From a virus (Duplodnaviria; Caudoviricetes): a stretch of 64,000 nucleotides of DNA. The stretch's first letter is position 1, and each line of letters begins with the position of its first letter. The notes under the pieces are model-generated. The model had not been told where the DNA came from and did no database searches. It worked only from the letters and a program-made list of their open reading frames with translations. Positions 46,293-55,246 of the stretch are shown here, one piece after another. The DNA is taken from positions 1-64,000 of the IMG/VR virus record IMGVR_UViG_3300016478_000063; one strand, written 5' to 3'. The translations under genes and the position numbers were made by a program.

Positions 46293-46395
46293 CTTTAAAC
46301 AGAGCCTCTATCTTTTGGTTATAATCTTTTTGTTTTTCCAATAGAAGCCTATACTCCCCAACACAGGATGTGTTCTTTACATATCCCCGAGCTAA
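46282..46395 (-). pseudogene. Displaced former 3' end of the o-spanin gene
   Basis: LARGYVKNTSCVGEYRLLLEKQKDYNQKIEALFKDGD* is 20/35 identical to the current o-spanin C-terminus; its stop overlaps the next ATG. Confidence 0.85.
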
Positions 46396-46401
46396 CAAGT
46401 C

Positions 46402-46429
46402 TTGACAACCATGTATGTTTTCGAATAAT
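46402..46429 (+). promoter_or_regulatory. sigma70-like promoter for the antisense HNH
   Basis: TTGACA-16-AATAAT, RBS AGAGGA at 46451. Confidence 0.55.
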
Positions 46430-46463
46430 ATAGTTTTTTTTTCATAACACAGAGGATTCCTAA

Positions 46464-47129
46464 ATGAAAATTGTTCAAACTGTCGGCATAAACGATGCTG
46501 ATTACCCAGTAAGCCAATCAGTGAACGGAAAGAGGCAGATTTGCCCATTTTATAAGGTATGGACGGGTATGCTTACTAGGTGCTATAATCTAAAATTTAA
46601 AGAAAGGCGGCCGACCTATAAAGATTGTACCGTGTGTGAGGAGTGGTTGACATTCTCCACATTCCGTTCATGGATGGAGTCTCAGCCTTGGCAAGGTATG
46701 CGACTTGACAAGGATTTGACGTTTATGGGCAACACCCACTACAGTCCACACACCTGTGCATTTATCCCAAACTGCATAAATTGTATTTTGGGAACCTGTA
46801 AAGCATCTCGCGGGGAACACCCTGTGGGTGTTTCTAAGGAAAAAATTGCCAAAGATATGGTGAACTACCTCAAAAATCCTTTCAGAGCGGAAGTACAAAC
46901 CTTGAATGGAAAACGAAAGCACTTGGGTATGTACTCCACAGCAGCAGAGGCACACGCTGCATGGCAAAAGGGAAAAATAGATGTTATCCGAGAGTATATT
47001 TTGTGGTGGGAGTTTGATCCATCTGTTAATCAAACTTTTAATACAACAATCGCTGATAATCTATTAGCTATCGCAGAGAAAATAGAACAAGATTTACGAA
47101 AAGGCGTGGAGACATTATCCTACTTTTGA
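46464..47129 (+). CDS. Free-standing HNH-type homing endonuclease, antisense inside the lysis cluster
   Basis: TVGINDADY...CEEWLTFSTFRSWM...LDKDL...YSPHTCAFIP. Confidence 0.9.
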   Translation: MKIVQTVGINDADYPVSQSVNGKRQICPFYKVWTGMLTRCYNLKFKERRPTYKDCTVCEEWLTFSTFRSWMESQPWQGMRLDKDLTFMGNTHYSPHTCAFIPNCINCILGTCKASRGEHPVGVSKEKIAKDMVNYLKNPFRAEVQTLNGKRKHLGMYSTAAEAHAAWQKGKIDVIREYILWWEFDPSVNQTFNTTIADNLLAIAEKIEQDLRKGVETLSYF

Positions 47130-47392
47130 TACAAGTTTAAAACTTTTTCGTTGTACTGTCTCTGCTTTTCTAACAAAAGCCTATATTGTAATATACAAGA
47201 TGTGTTTATAACATAGGCTTTCGCTAACCTACGCACAGTATCCCCTGCACCTATTGCTTCACAAGGGATAACTAAAAGACTATTAGGGATTTGTACAGGC
47301 ACGTCCTTTTGAATGTAAACAACTTTCGGAGAGCATCCTAACAAGATCATCAGGCAACTTACGATCAAGGATGCTTTGAGAATGCAATTCAT
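47120..47392 (-). CDS. o-spanin (Rz1-like outer-membrane lipoprotein)
   Basis: Lipobox LLGC, Pro-rich segment, overlaps the 3' end of the i-spanin. Confidence 0.85.
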   Translation of the reverse strand: MNCILKASLIVSCLMILLGCSPKVVYIQKDVPVQIPNSLLVIPCEAIGAGDTVRRLAKAYVINTSCILQYRLLLEKQRQYNEKVLNLYQK

Positions 47393-47681
47393 GTTGTTCC
47401 TCTTTATGAGACATTCTGTCCAACTTATCTAAGTAGTCTTGTGTCTTGTCTCTATGCTCTTTTTGTTCTTCTTTGTAATCAGACACTACAGCATCTTGAA
47501 TTTTACAAAGAGATTGTTGTCTTTTCACGCTATTCTCTAAGGTTTTATTCGCTTCTTGACAGAGGGATAAGGATTGCTCTGCCTTAACTTTTTGCCCATA
47601 AAAAGCATAAGAAACATAACCAAATAAGCCATTTAGAGATAGACTGACAATGAGGAATGTAATTAGTGTACGATTAACCAT
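47283..47681 (-). CDS. i-spanin (Rz-like)
   Basis: N-terminal TM, periplasmic coiled coil, LDRKLPDDLVRML, C-terminal Cys. Confidence 0.85.
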   Translation of the reverse strand: MVNRTLITFLIVSLSLNGLFGYVSYAFYGQKVKAEQSLSLCQEANKTLENSVKRQQSLCKIQDAVVSDYKEEQKEHRDKTQDYLDKLDRMSHKEEQHELHSQSILDRKLPDDLVRMLSESCLHSKGRACTNP

Positions 47682-47934
47682 CTTTATGTTCTTCCCTTTT
47701 ACAACTACCTTCTCTTACATCATCTAATCCTTGGTCAATAACCCTCCCGATTAAACCTAATACCCCAAGAGGAATGCCAATAATCAGAATGGTGGTAAGG
47801 GCAAACTCAGAAGTGAGAATGCCCAATACCGATAGACCAGAAATAGAGAGAGCAATGAGAATGTTGGAAAGAATAGAAAGACTTGAATAAGATTTAATTA
47901 AACGAGATTTCCAGTTCTTTGCAAGTCTTTTCAT
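47674..47934 (-). CDS. Holin-like two-TM protein (start moved to MKRLAKNW)
   Basis: ACGGAG RBS; two hydrophobic helices and charged C-terminus; directly upstream of spanins. Confidence 0.7.
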   Translation of the reverse strand: MKRLAKNWKSRLIKSYSSLSILSNILIALSISGLSVLGILTSEFALTTILIIGIPLGVLGLIGRVIDQGLDDVREGSCKREEHKDG

Positions 47935-47937
47935 AGG

Positions 47938-47997
47938 TGCTCCGTTAATTGGTATCTGCGCTGCGTCGCGGCCACCCGCGTTTTGGGAGAGGGTGGC
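47938..47997 (-). repeat. Conserved structured element, copy 1 (3' of tailspike 2)
   Basis: TGCTCCGTTAATTGGT..CTGCGCT.CGTCG.GGCCACCC.CG.TTTGGGAG, shared with 52289-52343. Confidence 0.85.
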
Positions 47998-48013
47998 GTC
48001 AGGACGCATGCCT

Positions 48014-50527
48014 CTAGTATGACACGTTGTTTGCAACAACTTTATTTGCACTTGGCGTAGGGTAGGTAGCAGTACCATCAATCACATTCCCTGTAACAGT
48101 AGCGTTTGTGATTTCGGCGTCAGTAAGGGTTACTACGCCCTTGATAAAATTATTTGCAAATACGCACGCTTTGATCAGATTGCTCGATGCAATTACGAAG
48201 CTACTTGTGGCGTCGGTTGCTTGCTGGATCAAATTTCCGACCGCAACCAACGTGCCGGTAAAACCGACTGCATTAAATACCCTAACAGCACCCCCTGTAA
48301 CACCAGCCAGATTATTCCAACTGAATTGGCAGTCATTCACTGTCGATAAAAGCTGGAAGCGCACCTCTCCTGTGTTCCCGTTAAAAACAACTTTTGCAGC
48401 CTGTGGGCGGAATAATTGATTATTTGGGTCAACTCTGAAGTTGCATCCAACAAAGCTGTTTACTGCGCCGTAAAAATCACGTGTCCCGGATGCAGCCGCG
48501 CCCGGATCAAAACTACAGTCGTTGAAGTAGAACGATCCGGTATTTGATGTCGTTCCCGTAAAAGCGAAATACTGCGTATTCCCTGGCTTAATCACAAAAC
48601 GAGAACCGACAGCGTACAGCGAGCCGTTTGCGAATTGCGCTAACCCGACAACTGTGCAGTTGTGCAGATGCACACGGTAGCCGTCCAAAATGTTTAATGA
48701 GCGCTGACTGTCCTGAGCAACAAGAATACAGTTGCTAACACGAATATCACCAGAGTCAAAAGCACCGTTTGTAACGTCAGATTCTGTCAGGATACCGCCG
48801 AACAACTGGCAGTTTTCAACCAGCACGTCTGCGTTGCCGACCGCTATTGCATATGCGACAACCGATGGCCGCATCTGGACAAGCGTGTTGCTGACGCGCA
48901 GCCCGCTCCCCTTGTTTCTAAAGGCGATCCCCCGGGGTGCAGCGCAATCGACCACAGAGCAGTTGGAGATTGTGATCTGGTCGGTGGTATCACCAAAACC
49001 TGTATTAACCCGACCTAGCACAAACGCGCCGTCAAAGGCCGCACTTTGCGATACGCATCGGTCATAAACAATGTCGTATTCAAAGGCGGTGTGTAGTGTG
49101 TAAGACGCGCTCAACGTATTGCTATCGACGCAATCCGAGGCCGTGATATGCCATGCGACAGTGAAGTCCAAAGTGTGTCGGCATCGCGCACCAATGACAC
49201 GCTTTGCAGTCGAGTTGTAAACGTACTCAAACTGTAAAGCATATCCTTCACCACCGCCTGTTGCAGCAGGGTTTCTGCAATAAATGTCAGATACATGTGC
49301 GTTAAGAGCAAATTGAAATTTCACACCCTTAAACCAAAACCCGACAAAGGTGCAGTTTCTGGCGAAGCAGTTTGCTGTGTATTGGAAAAACACACCACCC
49401 ATGCCGTTTGCGCGTGAAGTCTGCCCCGTAGCTACAAACTTGCAGTTTTCAATGCCCGACCCTTCAACTGCGTTGAGTTTAGTAACACTGACCGTTTCAG
49501 AGGCCGTAAGCGCCAAGCGGCGCGTCACATCAGTGGTAATCGTTGCGCCAGAGATCGCAGTAATACGTGCAGTGACGTTTACATAGAGTCCGGGCAGCGC
49601 GGCAGAAGCCGAATCAATCTGCACCACGTCACCAACAGCAAAACCGGCTGCGCTGGCAACAACCATGGCACTTGTGTACTCGGCAGCGTCGGCAGCAACT
49701 GTCGTAGCGGTCGCTGACAAAGTACCCTTGAACTCAAAAACTCCAGTGTTCAGGCTGTCAAGCCCCGCCCCAGCCCAAATAATCGTGGCACCCTCGCCGT
49801 CGATTGTGAATCCTGAAATGTCTACATTGACCCGAGAAGTTAGCTTATAGGTTCGCCCAGCAAGTTTCAGGCCACGTTTACCACTCGCCTTGCAGTCGGC
49901 AATGGCAGCCACAAATTCCGCTGTGTCATCAGCAACGCCGTCACCAACGGCACCGTAATCCATAACGGAGGCCCAATCGTCGAGTTTTTCCGCGACAGTG
50001 CGCCCCATGTACCCCACCAACCCAGCCCCCTTCGATGGGTCGGTGGCGTTGGCAAGGTCATTCCTTAAAACATCTGTATAACCTTGAGCTTGACCTTCTA
50101 CAATGTCCAACTCCGCTTGTGTAGCAAAATCTTCTACATTCTGGAAGGCAGCAGTACCAAGAGAGGATAGAGTAAGTTCTACGGCATCTAAGCGAGAATC
50201 AATCTCTGATGGGTTGTCAATTTTTACGGCAGATACGCCATTAAACTGATAGAAATCCCCGTTGCTTTTAATCTTAAAGATAAAAGACTTAGGACAAGGA
50301 GAGCTATACCAAACACTGTCAACACCGAAATAAAATCTATTATCTGCACTATTGAAGTGGGCAGCACCGTTAGACACTGGGGGTAAAGAAGCTACAATGC
50401 TGTCTACATTACCATCAAACATGAAAGAGAACTTTAGTAAGTTCTCATCCATGCCGGTATTCCAATTGTTCTCTCCGTAATTCCACCCGTATTTCCCTTC
50501 AAGAAAAGGGCTTTGTTGTTGAGGCAT
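48014..50527 (-). CDS. Tailspike/depolymerase with right-handed beta-helix
   Basis: Phage N-terminal anchor, DLANATDPSKGA linker, SVMDYGAVGDGVADDT pectate-lyase-3-like start, beta-helix repeats. Confidence 0.88.
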   Translation of the reverse strand: MPQQQSPFLEGKYGWNYGENNWNTGMDENLLKFSFMFDGNVDSIVASLPPVSNGAAHFNSADNRFYFGVDSVWYSSPCPKSFIFKIKSNGDFYQFNGVSAVKIDNPSEIDSRLDAVELTLSSLGTAAFQNVEDFATQAELDIVEGQAQGYTDVLRNDLANATDPSKGAGLVGYMGRTVAEKLDDWASVMDYGAVGDGVADDTAEFVAAIADCKASGKRGLKLAGRTYKLTSRVNVDISGFTIDGEGATIIWAGAGLDSLNTGVFEFKGTLSATATTVAADAAEYTSAMVVASAAGFAVGDVVQIDSASAALPGLYVNVTARITAISGATITTDVTRRLALTASETVSVTKLNAVEGSGIENCKFVATGQTSRANGMGGVFFQYTANCFARNCTFVGFWFKGVKFQFALNAHVSDIYCRNPAATGGGEGYALQFEYVYNSTAKRVIGARCRHTLDFTVAWHITASDCVDSNTLSASYTLHTAFEYDIVYDRCVSQSAAFDGAFVLGRVNTGFGDTTDQITISNCSVVDCAAPRGIAFRNKGSGLRVSNTLVQMRPSVVAYAIAVGNADVLVENCQLFGGILTESDVTNGAFDSGDIRVSNCILVAQDSQRSLNILDGYRVHLHNCTVVGLAQFANGSLYAVGSRFVIKPGNTQYFAFTGTTSNTGSFYFNDCSFDPGAAASGTRDFYGAVNSFVGCNFRVDPNNQLFRPQAAKVVFNGNTGEVRFQLLSTVNDCQFSWNNLAGVTGGAVRVFNAVGFTGTLVAVGNLIQQATDATSSFVIASSNLIKACVFANNFIKGVVTLTDAEITNATVTGNVIDGTATYPTPSANKVVANNVSY

Positions 50528-50537
50528 ATACCACTCC

Positions 50538-50873
50538 TTATGCGTCTGGTGCTACTGGACGCTTATCTTTATTCGGGAAACCCTCAGACTCAGGATAACT
50601 TCTCAGAGCCTTTCTATATTCACGCCATTGTGCTACAGAACCAACAGCTTTGGGGTCACTGTCCTGAACTTTATAAAGTTCAATATCAGCACGAAGAAGC
50701 TCTTTATCCCTCCACATCCGCTCTTGAACTTCTAAGTTTGTACTTACCATGTTGAGATGCTTAGTGACAGCATCTGCATCCATCGCTACAAGGTCATGCT
50801 TGCCGTACTTATTACGGTCTTTTTCTGTTTCATAGGCGAAAACTTCGCCTTTTGCGTTCTTGAAGTAGATCAT
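50538..50873 (-). CDS. Tail fibre assembly chaperone-like protein
   Basis: ERMWRDKELLRAD...WREYRKALRSYP...FP...RP motif; TAATG coupling. Confidence 0.8.
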   Translation of the reverse strand: MIYFKNAKGEVFAYETEKDRNKYGKHDLVAMDADAVTKHLNMVSTNLEVQERMWRDKELLRADIELYKVQDSDPKAVGSVAQWREYRKALRSYPESEGFPNKDKRPVAPDA

Positions 50874-51742
50874 TAGCGTAGCTCCAACCATTTACGAAGA
50901 TTGACACCACCGCTTGAGGCGAGTCTATAAGTATTGTTAGCAGGGATAATCGGGGAAAATAGTATAGGTGTCCCGTCCCCACCAACAAGGTCAGTGACTG
51001 TCCAAGTTATCCCATTGATGTCGAACGTAAGGCTCCCAACACTCCCGGAGTCCCGCACATCAACCATTAACTGAATGGGGCGGTCAGTTGTATTTGTATA
51101 AGTTGTGTTAAGAGCACGACTTGCTGTTAAGTCTTGCCATGTTTGATTGATCCCTAATACTTTAGAATCCGCCCACTCCTTTGTACGTAATGGCGTCATC
51201 AGTGTATTATTAACTACACCCGCTTGGGCTTGAGCTGTGGACGCTACTGTAGTACGGGCGTCCACTTCTGCTTTAGTGTAAGTCTGTGCTTGAGAATATA
51301 CACTGATGTTATTACGGAATGTAGCAGCATTAGCAATATCACTACCATTAGCTGCTTTACTTAGGAAAGCCCCATTCACTTCTGCTTTAGTGTAGAAGTC
51401 TCCAGCAGAAGCAAATGCAATAATCCAATAAGTATTGCTTAGGTCTGTTTCTGGGTTCTGGTTGGTATGTGTTTGTACACAGCGGTACACAGTGCCGTTG
51501 GTTGGGCCTTGTACATAAGATTTATTAGCTTGGTATTCTGTTGTAGCATCCCACACAGCAACACCGTGTTGGTTGATGTGAGCGATTGCGGTATCCTGAC
51601 GATTATCAAGATAGTTGAACCATTGACGAGGTGGAATTTCAACAGTCCAGCCTGTAGCATATTTCGTATTACCTGGGTCAAGTACATCCCCACCAGAAGC
51701 CCAAGTCAGGCTAAGGTTGGAGGGTTTTAGAATTTGTGGCAT
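50873..51742 (-). CDS. Tail fibre protein
   Basis: PPRQWFNYL baseplate-binding N-terminus, WDATTEY..Y CBM-like repeat, QTWQDLTASRALNTTYTN C-terminus. Confidence 0.8.
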   Translation of the reverse strand: MPQILKPSNLSLTWASGGDVLDPGNTKYATGWTVEIPPRQWFNYLDNRQDTAIAHINQHGVAVWDATTEYQANKSYVQGPTNGTVYRCVQTHTNQNPETDLSNTYWIIAFASAGDFYTKAEVNGAFLSKAANGSDIANAATFRNNISVYSQAQTYTKAEVDARTTVASTAQAQAGVVNNTLMTPLRTKEWADSKVLGINQTWQDLTASRALNTTYTNTTDRPIQLMVDVRDSGSVGSLTFDINGITWTVTDLVGGDGTPILFSPIIPANNTYRLASSGGVNLRKWLELR

Positions 51743-51763
51743 ATTTATTTCCTCAGAATTTAA

Positions 51764-52240
51764 TTATTTAAGACCAGAAAGGCAAAGTTCTTTTTCTTGT
51801 TCACGTCTTTTGGCAAGGCCACGGAGTTCTTTACCTTTTGCAAATCTCCACCTTGGAAGTTCATTACAAGCCCCAACCCTGTCCCCGGTGTTTAGTTTAC
51901 GGAGTAGGGTGGAACTTCTTAGATTTCCGCTCCCTACGTTGTATACAAAAGAAAGGTAAGCTGCGTGTTCTTGTTCAGATAAAGGTACTTTAACAAGACG
52001 CATTAGTTCTTTATTGTGTTTACTAAGGTCTTCAGCTAATTGCTCTAAGCACTCATCTTCTGTGAACTTCTGACCTATGCGTAAAGACTTATCTACATGT
52101 CCATAACAGGATGTAATGATTCCTACAGGATCAACATAAGTACCCAAGACAAGTCCTTCGTGTGTTGCAATCCCTACACCCGCTGTTGCAAGAGATGCGG
52201 ATAAACCAAGAGCTAAAAGTTTTTGTTTAATCTTGTTCAT
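51764..52240 (-). CDS. SAR-type endolysin (GH24 lysozyme)
   Basis: HEG...VDPVG..T.CYGH E-8-D-5-T triad; weakly hydrophobic G/A/S-rich N-terminus; RREQEKELC. Confidence 0.9.
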   Translation of the reverse strand: MNKIKQKLLALGLSASLATAGVGIATHEGLVLGTYVDPVGIITSCYGHVDKSLRIGQKFTEDECLEQLAEDLSKHNKELMRLVKVPLSEQEHAAYLSFVYNVGSGNLRSSTLLRKLNTGDRVGACNELPRWRFAKGKELRGLAKRREQEKELCLSGLK

Positions 52241-52288
52241 GTAAGACCTTTAGAAAAGCGTAGGAGATGAACACGGTGGTCAATGCTT

Positions 52289-52343
52289 TGCTCCGTTAAT
52301 TGGTGCTGCGCTACGTCGAGGCCACCCTCGTTTGGGAGGGCGG
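52289..52343 (-). repeat. Conserved structured element, copy 2 (3' of tailspike 1)
   Basis: Near copy of 47938-47997 with substitutions that keep the hairpin. Confidence 0.85.
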
Positions 52344-52360
52344 TGTTCTGGGATTTATTG

Positions 52361-54358
52361 CTAAATCCAGCTAACAGATGCGGTTAGTGCCGCAAAGGCC
52401 CCTGTATAGCCCGAGCCTGTTACAGACAGCCCCGCCCCGCCTGGGGCAGCTGCGACAGTCAGTGTAAGGGGAAGCCCGCCTGTTGTGTCTGTACCTATTT
52501 GCGTTGCTCTAGTGAGAGTAAACGCGCCAGTGCTACTTAACGTACCCAGCACGATGTATTCGCGCATAGTGTATTGAGCACTGCTGTCTACAGCATTGCG
52601 CGCAGTTACGCGCAAATGCAGAGATACTTCTGCGTTTTTCTTTTGAGCAGCGAGATATTTGCCGGGGATAACGCACACCGCCCCAGACGCTGCAAGGCTC
52701 CCATAAATCGAACGGAAGTACCTCCCGTTTGCAAAAGCCACCGGCCCCATGTAAACGCCTGCCGCGTTTTTCGGGAACAACGGCGACCTGTTGTAGCCAG
52801 ATGACGGGTCTAGTCGCAGCAGCTCGTGATTGGGGGATGGTGTGTAGACCTGTATAGGGACATCCAAGAGCGCGACATTCGGGCCTGGCAGCACTGCGAT
52901 GCCAATGTTGGATGTAAGCATGGTTTTCTCGACAGTATAAAGGCGGCCTTCGTTGTCGTAAGCGCCAACTCTGGCGATTGGTTGGCTCGCCGGCAGGTTG
53001 CTGCCAAGTGCGTCGAATGAACAGGTTATATCGATATTGATGTACTTTCCAGTGCCATCAGCTACCGGCTGGTCGGCGATTACAACAGGGCCATTTAACT
53101 CACCAAACGACGCTGTGCATTTTATGTTTTGCGTTGCAGGAAACCCAGTCCCGCTATTGGAAAGCAAAAGCGCTGCGGAAGCGGGGTCTGAAATGTCAGA
53201 GTGACATCGCACGTCCACGCCATCCACGCCGTAGACAAATAATGCGCGGAGACTGCGAGTCAGTGAGTATGTTCCCGACACATTGTCGCCGTTATTAGCG
53301 AGGTTCAGCCCGTAGTAAACATTGCCACCGGTACAGTCCCCAATAAGTGCAATCCCGCTGCTGCGGTAGCTCATTGGCGAACTTGATGCACAAGTCAAAA
53401 GAGACTGTCCACGGGCAACGTGCATTGGGCCTATACCGTGGCCGGATGTATTTTTAGCAACGGCCAGGATTACAACCGGAGCTACCCCCCTGCTTGGCCC
53501 TGCCATTGTGAAATTGATGTCGTCAAATATATAGTTGGACATTCGTGCGCGGCAGTCGGTAAAACGGAAAAGCGCTGCGTCTGTCCCCGACTGACTATTG
53601 TCACAGGCACATACCAAGGTAGAGCCATTCCAATCAATAACAACGTCCCTGCTCACGTCATAGACTGTCGAGTTTACAGCGACATCTCCGAACCAGTACG
53701 CACCACCTGCGCCTAAAATTTTGCTCACGGTCACATCAGCCAGCAGCGCTGCCACACTGGCGCGACAGGATGTGCCTGTTGCCCCGTTCCAGTCTGCAAC
53801 AGCGCCAGCCATTTCTGGAGTGGCTGCCCCGTCAAAAACCCTTACCCAGCACCCGTTACCTGGGCCACCTGCCGCTGACAAATAGGCGGAAATCCCCACA
53901 GGGTCGCCTGACCAAGGGATGCCTGGGTCAATTACACGCCAGCCGTTGTGTTCGGTCTTTGGGCGAGAAGGCTCCCAGCGAAACACACCGCCACCGATCC
54001 CCCGCCCTGAATAAAAAGATGCAACCACGATCATCTGACTAGCGTCTTGACGCGCCAGCCGCATGTCAGCGATTGATGCAACAGAGACGCAACCACGGCC
54101 TAAAATGGCCGCCCCCTTCGCCGGGTCTGTAGAGTTGGCAAGGTCTTGTTCCAGCGTTGTAATATCATCGAATGCTGCATCTACTTGCGTTTTAAGGTAG
54201 GCTGTTCTGTCAGCAAGCTGTTTGATAGGAGCATTGGAATAACCAGTGGTGGGATTACCGGCCATATCAAATTCTGGTGTCCCTCCCAACACAGGATCGT
54301 TCAAATCTAACTGGTAGATATTTGGACTGTATGTTGCTGTTTCATTAATGTTTGCCAT
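52361..54358 (-). CDS. Tail fibre/tailspike receptor-binding protein
   Basis: MANINE...YQLDLNDPVLGG N-terminus, DLANSTDPAKGA linker, GGGVFRW...GCWVR head, beta-rich GC-rich payload. Confidence 0.85.
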   Translation of the reverse strand: MANINETATYSPNIYQLDLNDPVLGGTPEFDMAGNPTTGYSNAPIKQLADRTAYLKTQVDAAFDDITTLEQDLANSTDPAKGAAILGRGCVSVASIADMRLARQDASQMIVVASFYSGRGIGGGVFRWEPSRPKTEHNGWRVIDPGIPWSGDPVGISAYLSAAGGPGNGCWVRVFDGAATPEMAGAVADWNGATGTSCRASVAALLADVTVSKILGAGGAYWFGDVAVNSTVYDVSRDVVIDWNGSTLVCACDNSQSGTDAALFRFTDCRARMSNYIFDDINFTMAGPSRGVAPVVILAVAKNTSGHGIGPMHVARGQSLLTCASSSPMSYRSSGIALIGDCTGGNVYYGLNLANNGDNVSGTYSLTRSLRALFVYGVDGVDVRCHSDISDPASAALLLSNSGTGFPATQNIKCTASFGELNGPVVIADQPVADGTGKYINIDITCSFDALGSNLPASQPIARVGAYDNEGRLYTVEKTMLTSNIGIAVLPGPNVALLDVPIQVYTPSPNHELLRLDPSSGYNRSPLFPKNAAGVYMGPVAFANGRYFRSIYGSLAASGAVCVIPGKYLAAQKKNAEVSLHLRVTARNAVDSSAQYTMREYIVLGTLSSTGAFTLTRATQIGTDTTGGLPLTLTVAAAPGGAGLSVTGSGYTGAFAALTASVSWI

Positions 54359-54366
54359 GTAATCTC

Positions 54367-55236
54367 CTACAGAAGCGTAGCAAAGTAGCCGCCCTGTGTT
54401 GTAGTTGTTCCGCCTGAAACTGGTGAATAGAATACATCACCATCATAATCTACGCTTCCATCGTGTTCCGCTTGGGGGATTGTGTCTGCACCACCCCATT
54501 TAAGACCATAAACCCTACCATAACCAACTGTCTTACTGATGTCACCAAAACCCTTAGCGTTCGGTACGCCTTGAAAGCCAAAATAACTGTCAGCATCAAA
54601 GTAACCAAAATTGATTCTTACACCAACAGTTTTAGGAATTAAGCGAGAGGGATAACCAGACGATGTACTAACATAATTAAGAAGGGTTTGTTCTAATGTG
54701 GATAGCTCTCTTCCAAACATCACAGTGTACTGAGCATTGCCTTCGGCAAGAATTGCTGTAACATTTGTACCAAACAAGAAGTTAATAAACGATAAGAACT
54801 CTTCTGGTGTAGATGCTGTCCTATTCTTTAGAATTTTTGCTTTAATGAATAGGCGGTAGGTGTTATCATCAAGCAGGACATTACCACCAAGAGGTTGTCC
54901 GAAGTCATACCATCTGCTACCTACTGTTGGTCTGCCAAAGTCCCCAAAGGTGTCTGCTTTTAGAGCACCTTGAAAACCAAAGAAGTTAAATAGGTCTGCG
55001 CTAATGAGTTCTCTTGGTTGACCAACAATCTCTCCAATAACATCCAGCGCAGCACCTTCAGCCTCATCAATACTTCTTTTCTGAATCAAGTCAGCAAACA
55101 TTTGCTGAGTTTCTGCTTGTCCGTCAATAAGCAGTTGCAAGTATTTATCAACAACTACTTTATCTTCAAACTGAGAAGTAATTCTTTCCCTTGCTTCTTT
55201 TAGGTAGTCTACAGAATTAACAGGAACTAAAGCCAT
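54367..55236 (-). CDS. Baseplate wedge protein (DUF2612-like)
   Basis: GAALDVIGEIVG, FFGFQG repeats, YRLFIKAKI. Confidence 0.8.
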   Translation of the reverse strand: MALVPVNSVDYLKEARERITSQFEDKVVVDKYLQLLIDGQAETQQMFADLIQKRSIDEAEGAALDVIGEIVGQPRELISADLFNFFGFQGALKADTFGDFGRPTVGSRWYDFGQPLGGNVLLDDNTYRLFIKAKILKNRTASTPEEFLSFINFLFGTNVTAILAEGNAQYTVMFGRELSTLEQTLLNYVSTSSGYPSRLIPKTVGVRINFGYFDADSYFGFQGVPNAKGFGDISKTVGYGRVYGLKWGGADTIPQAEHDGSVDYDGDVFYSPVSGGTTTTQGGYFATLL

Positions 55237-55246
55237 TCTGTTCTCC

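Noticed and set aside
48014-54358. Diversity-generating retroelement or invertase-driven tail switching
   Set aside because: No reverse transcriptase, no template/variable repeat pair differing at adenines, and no recombinase in the window; the shared arms are direct, not inverted.
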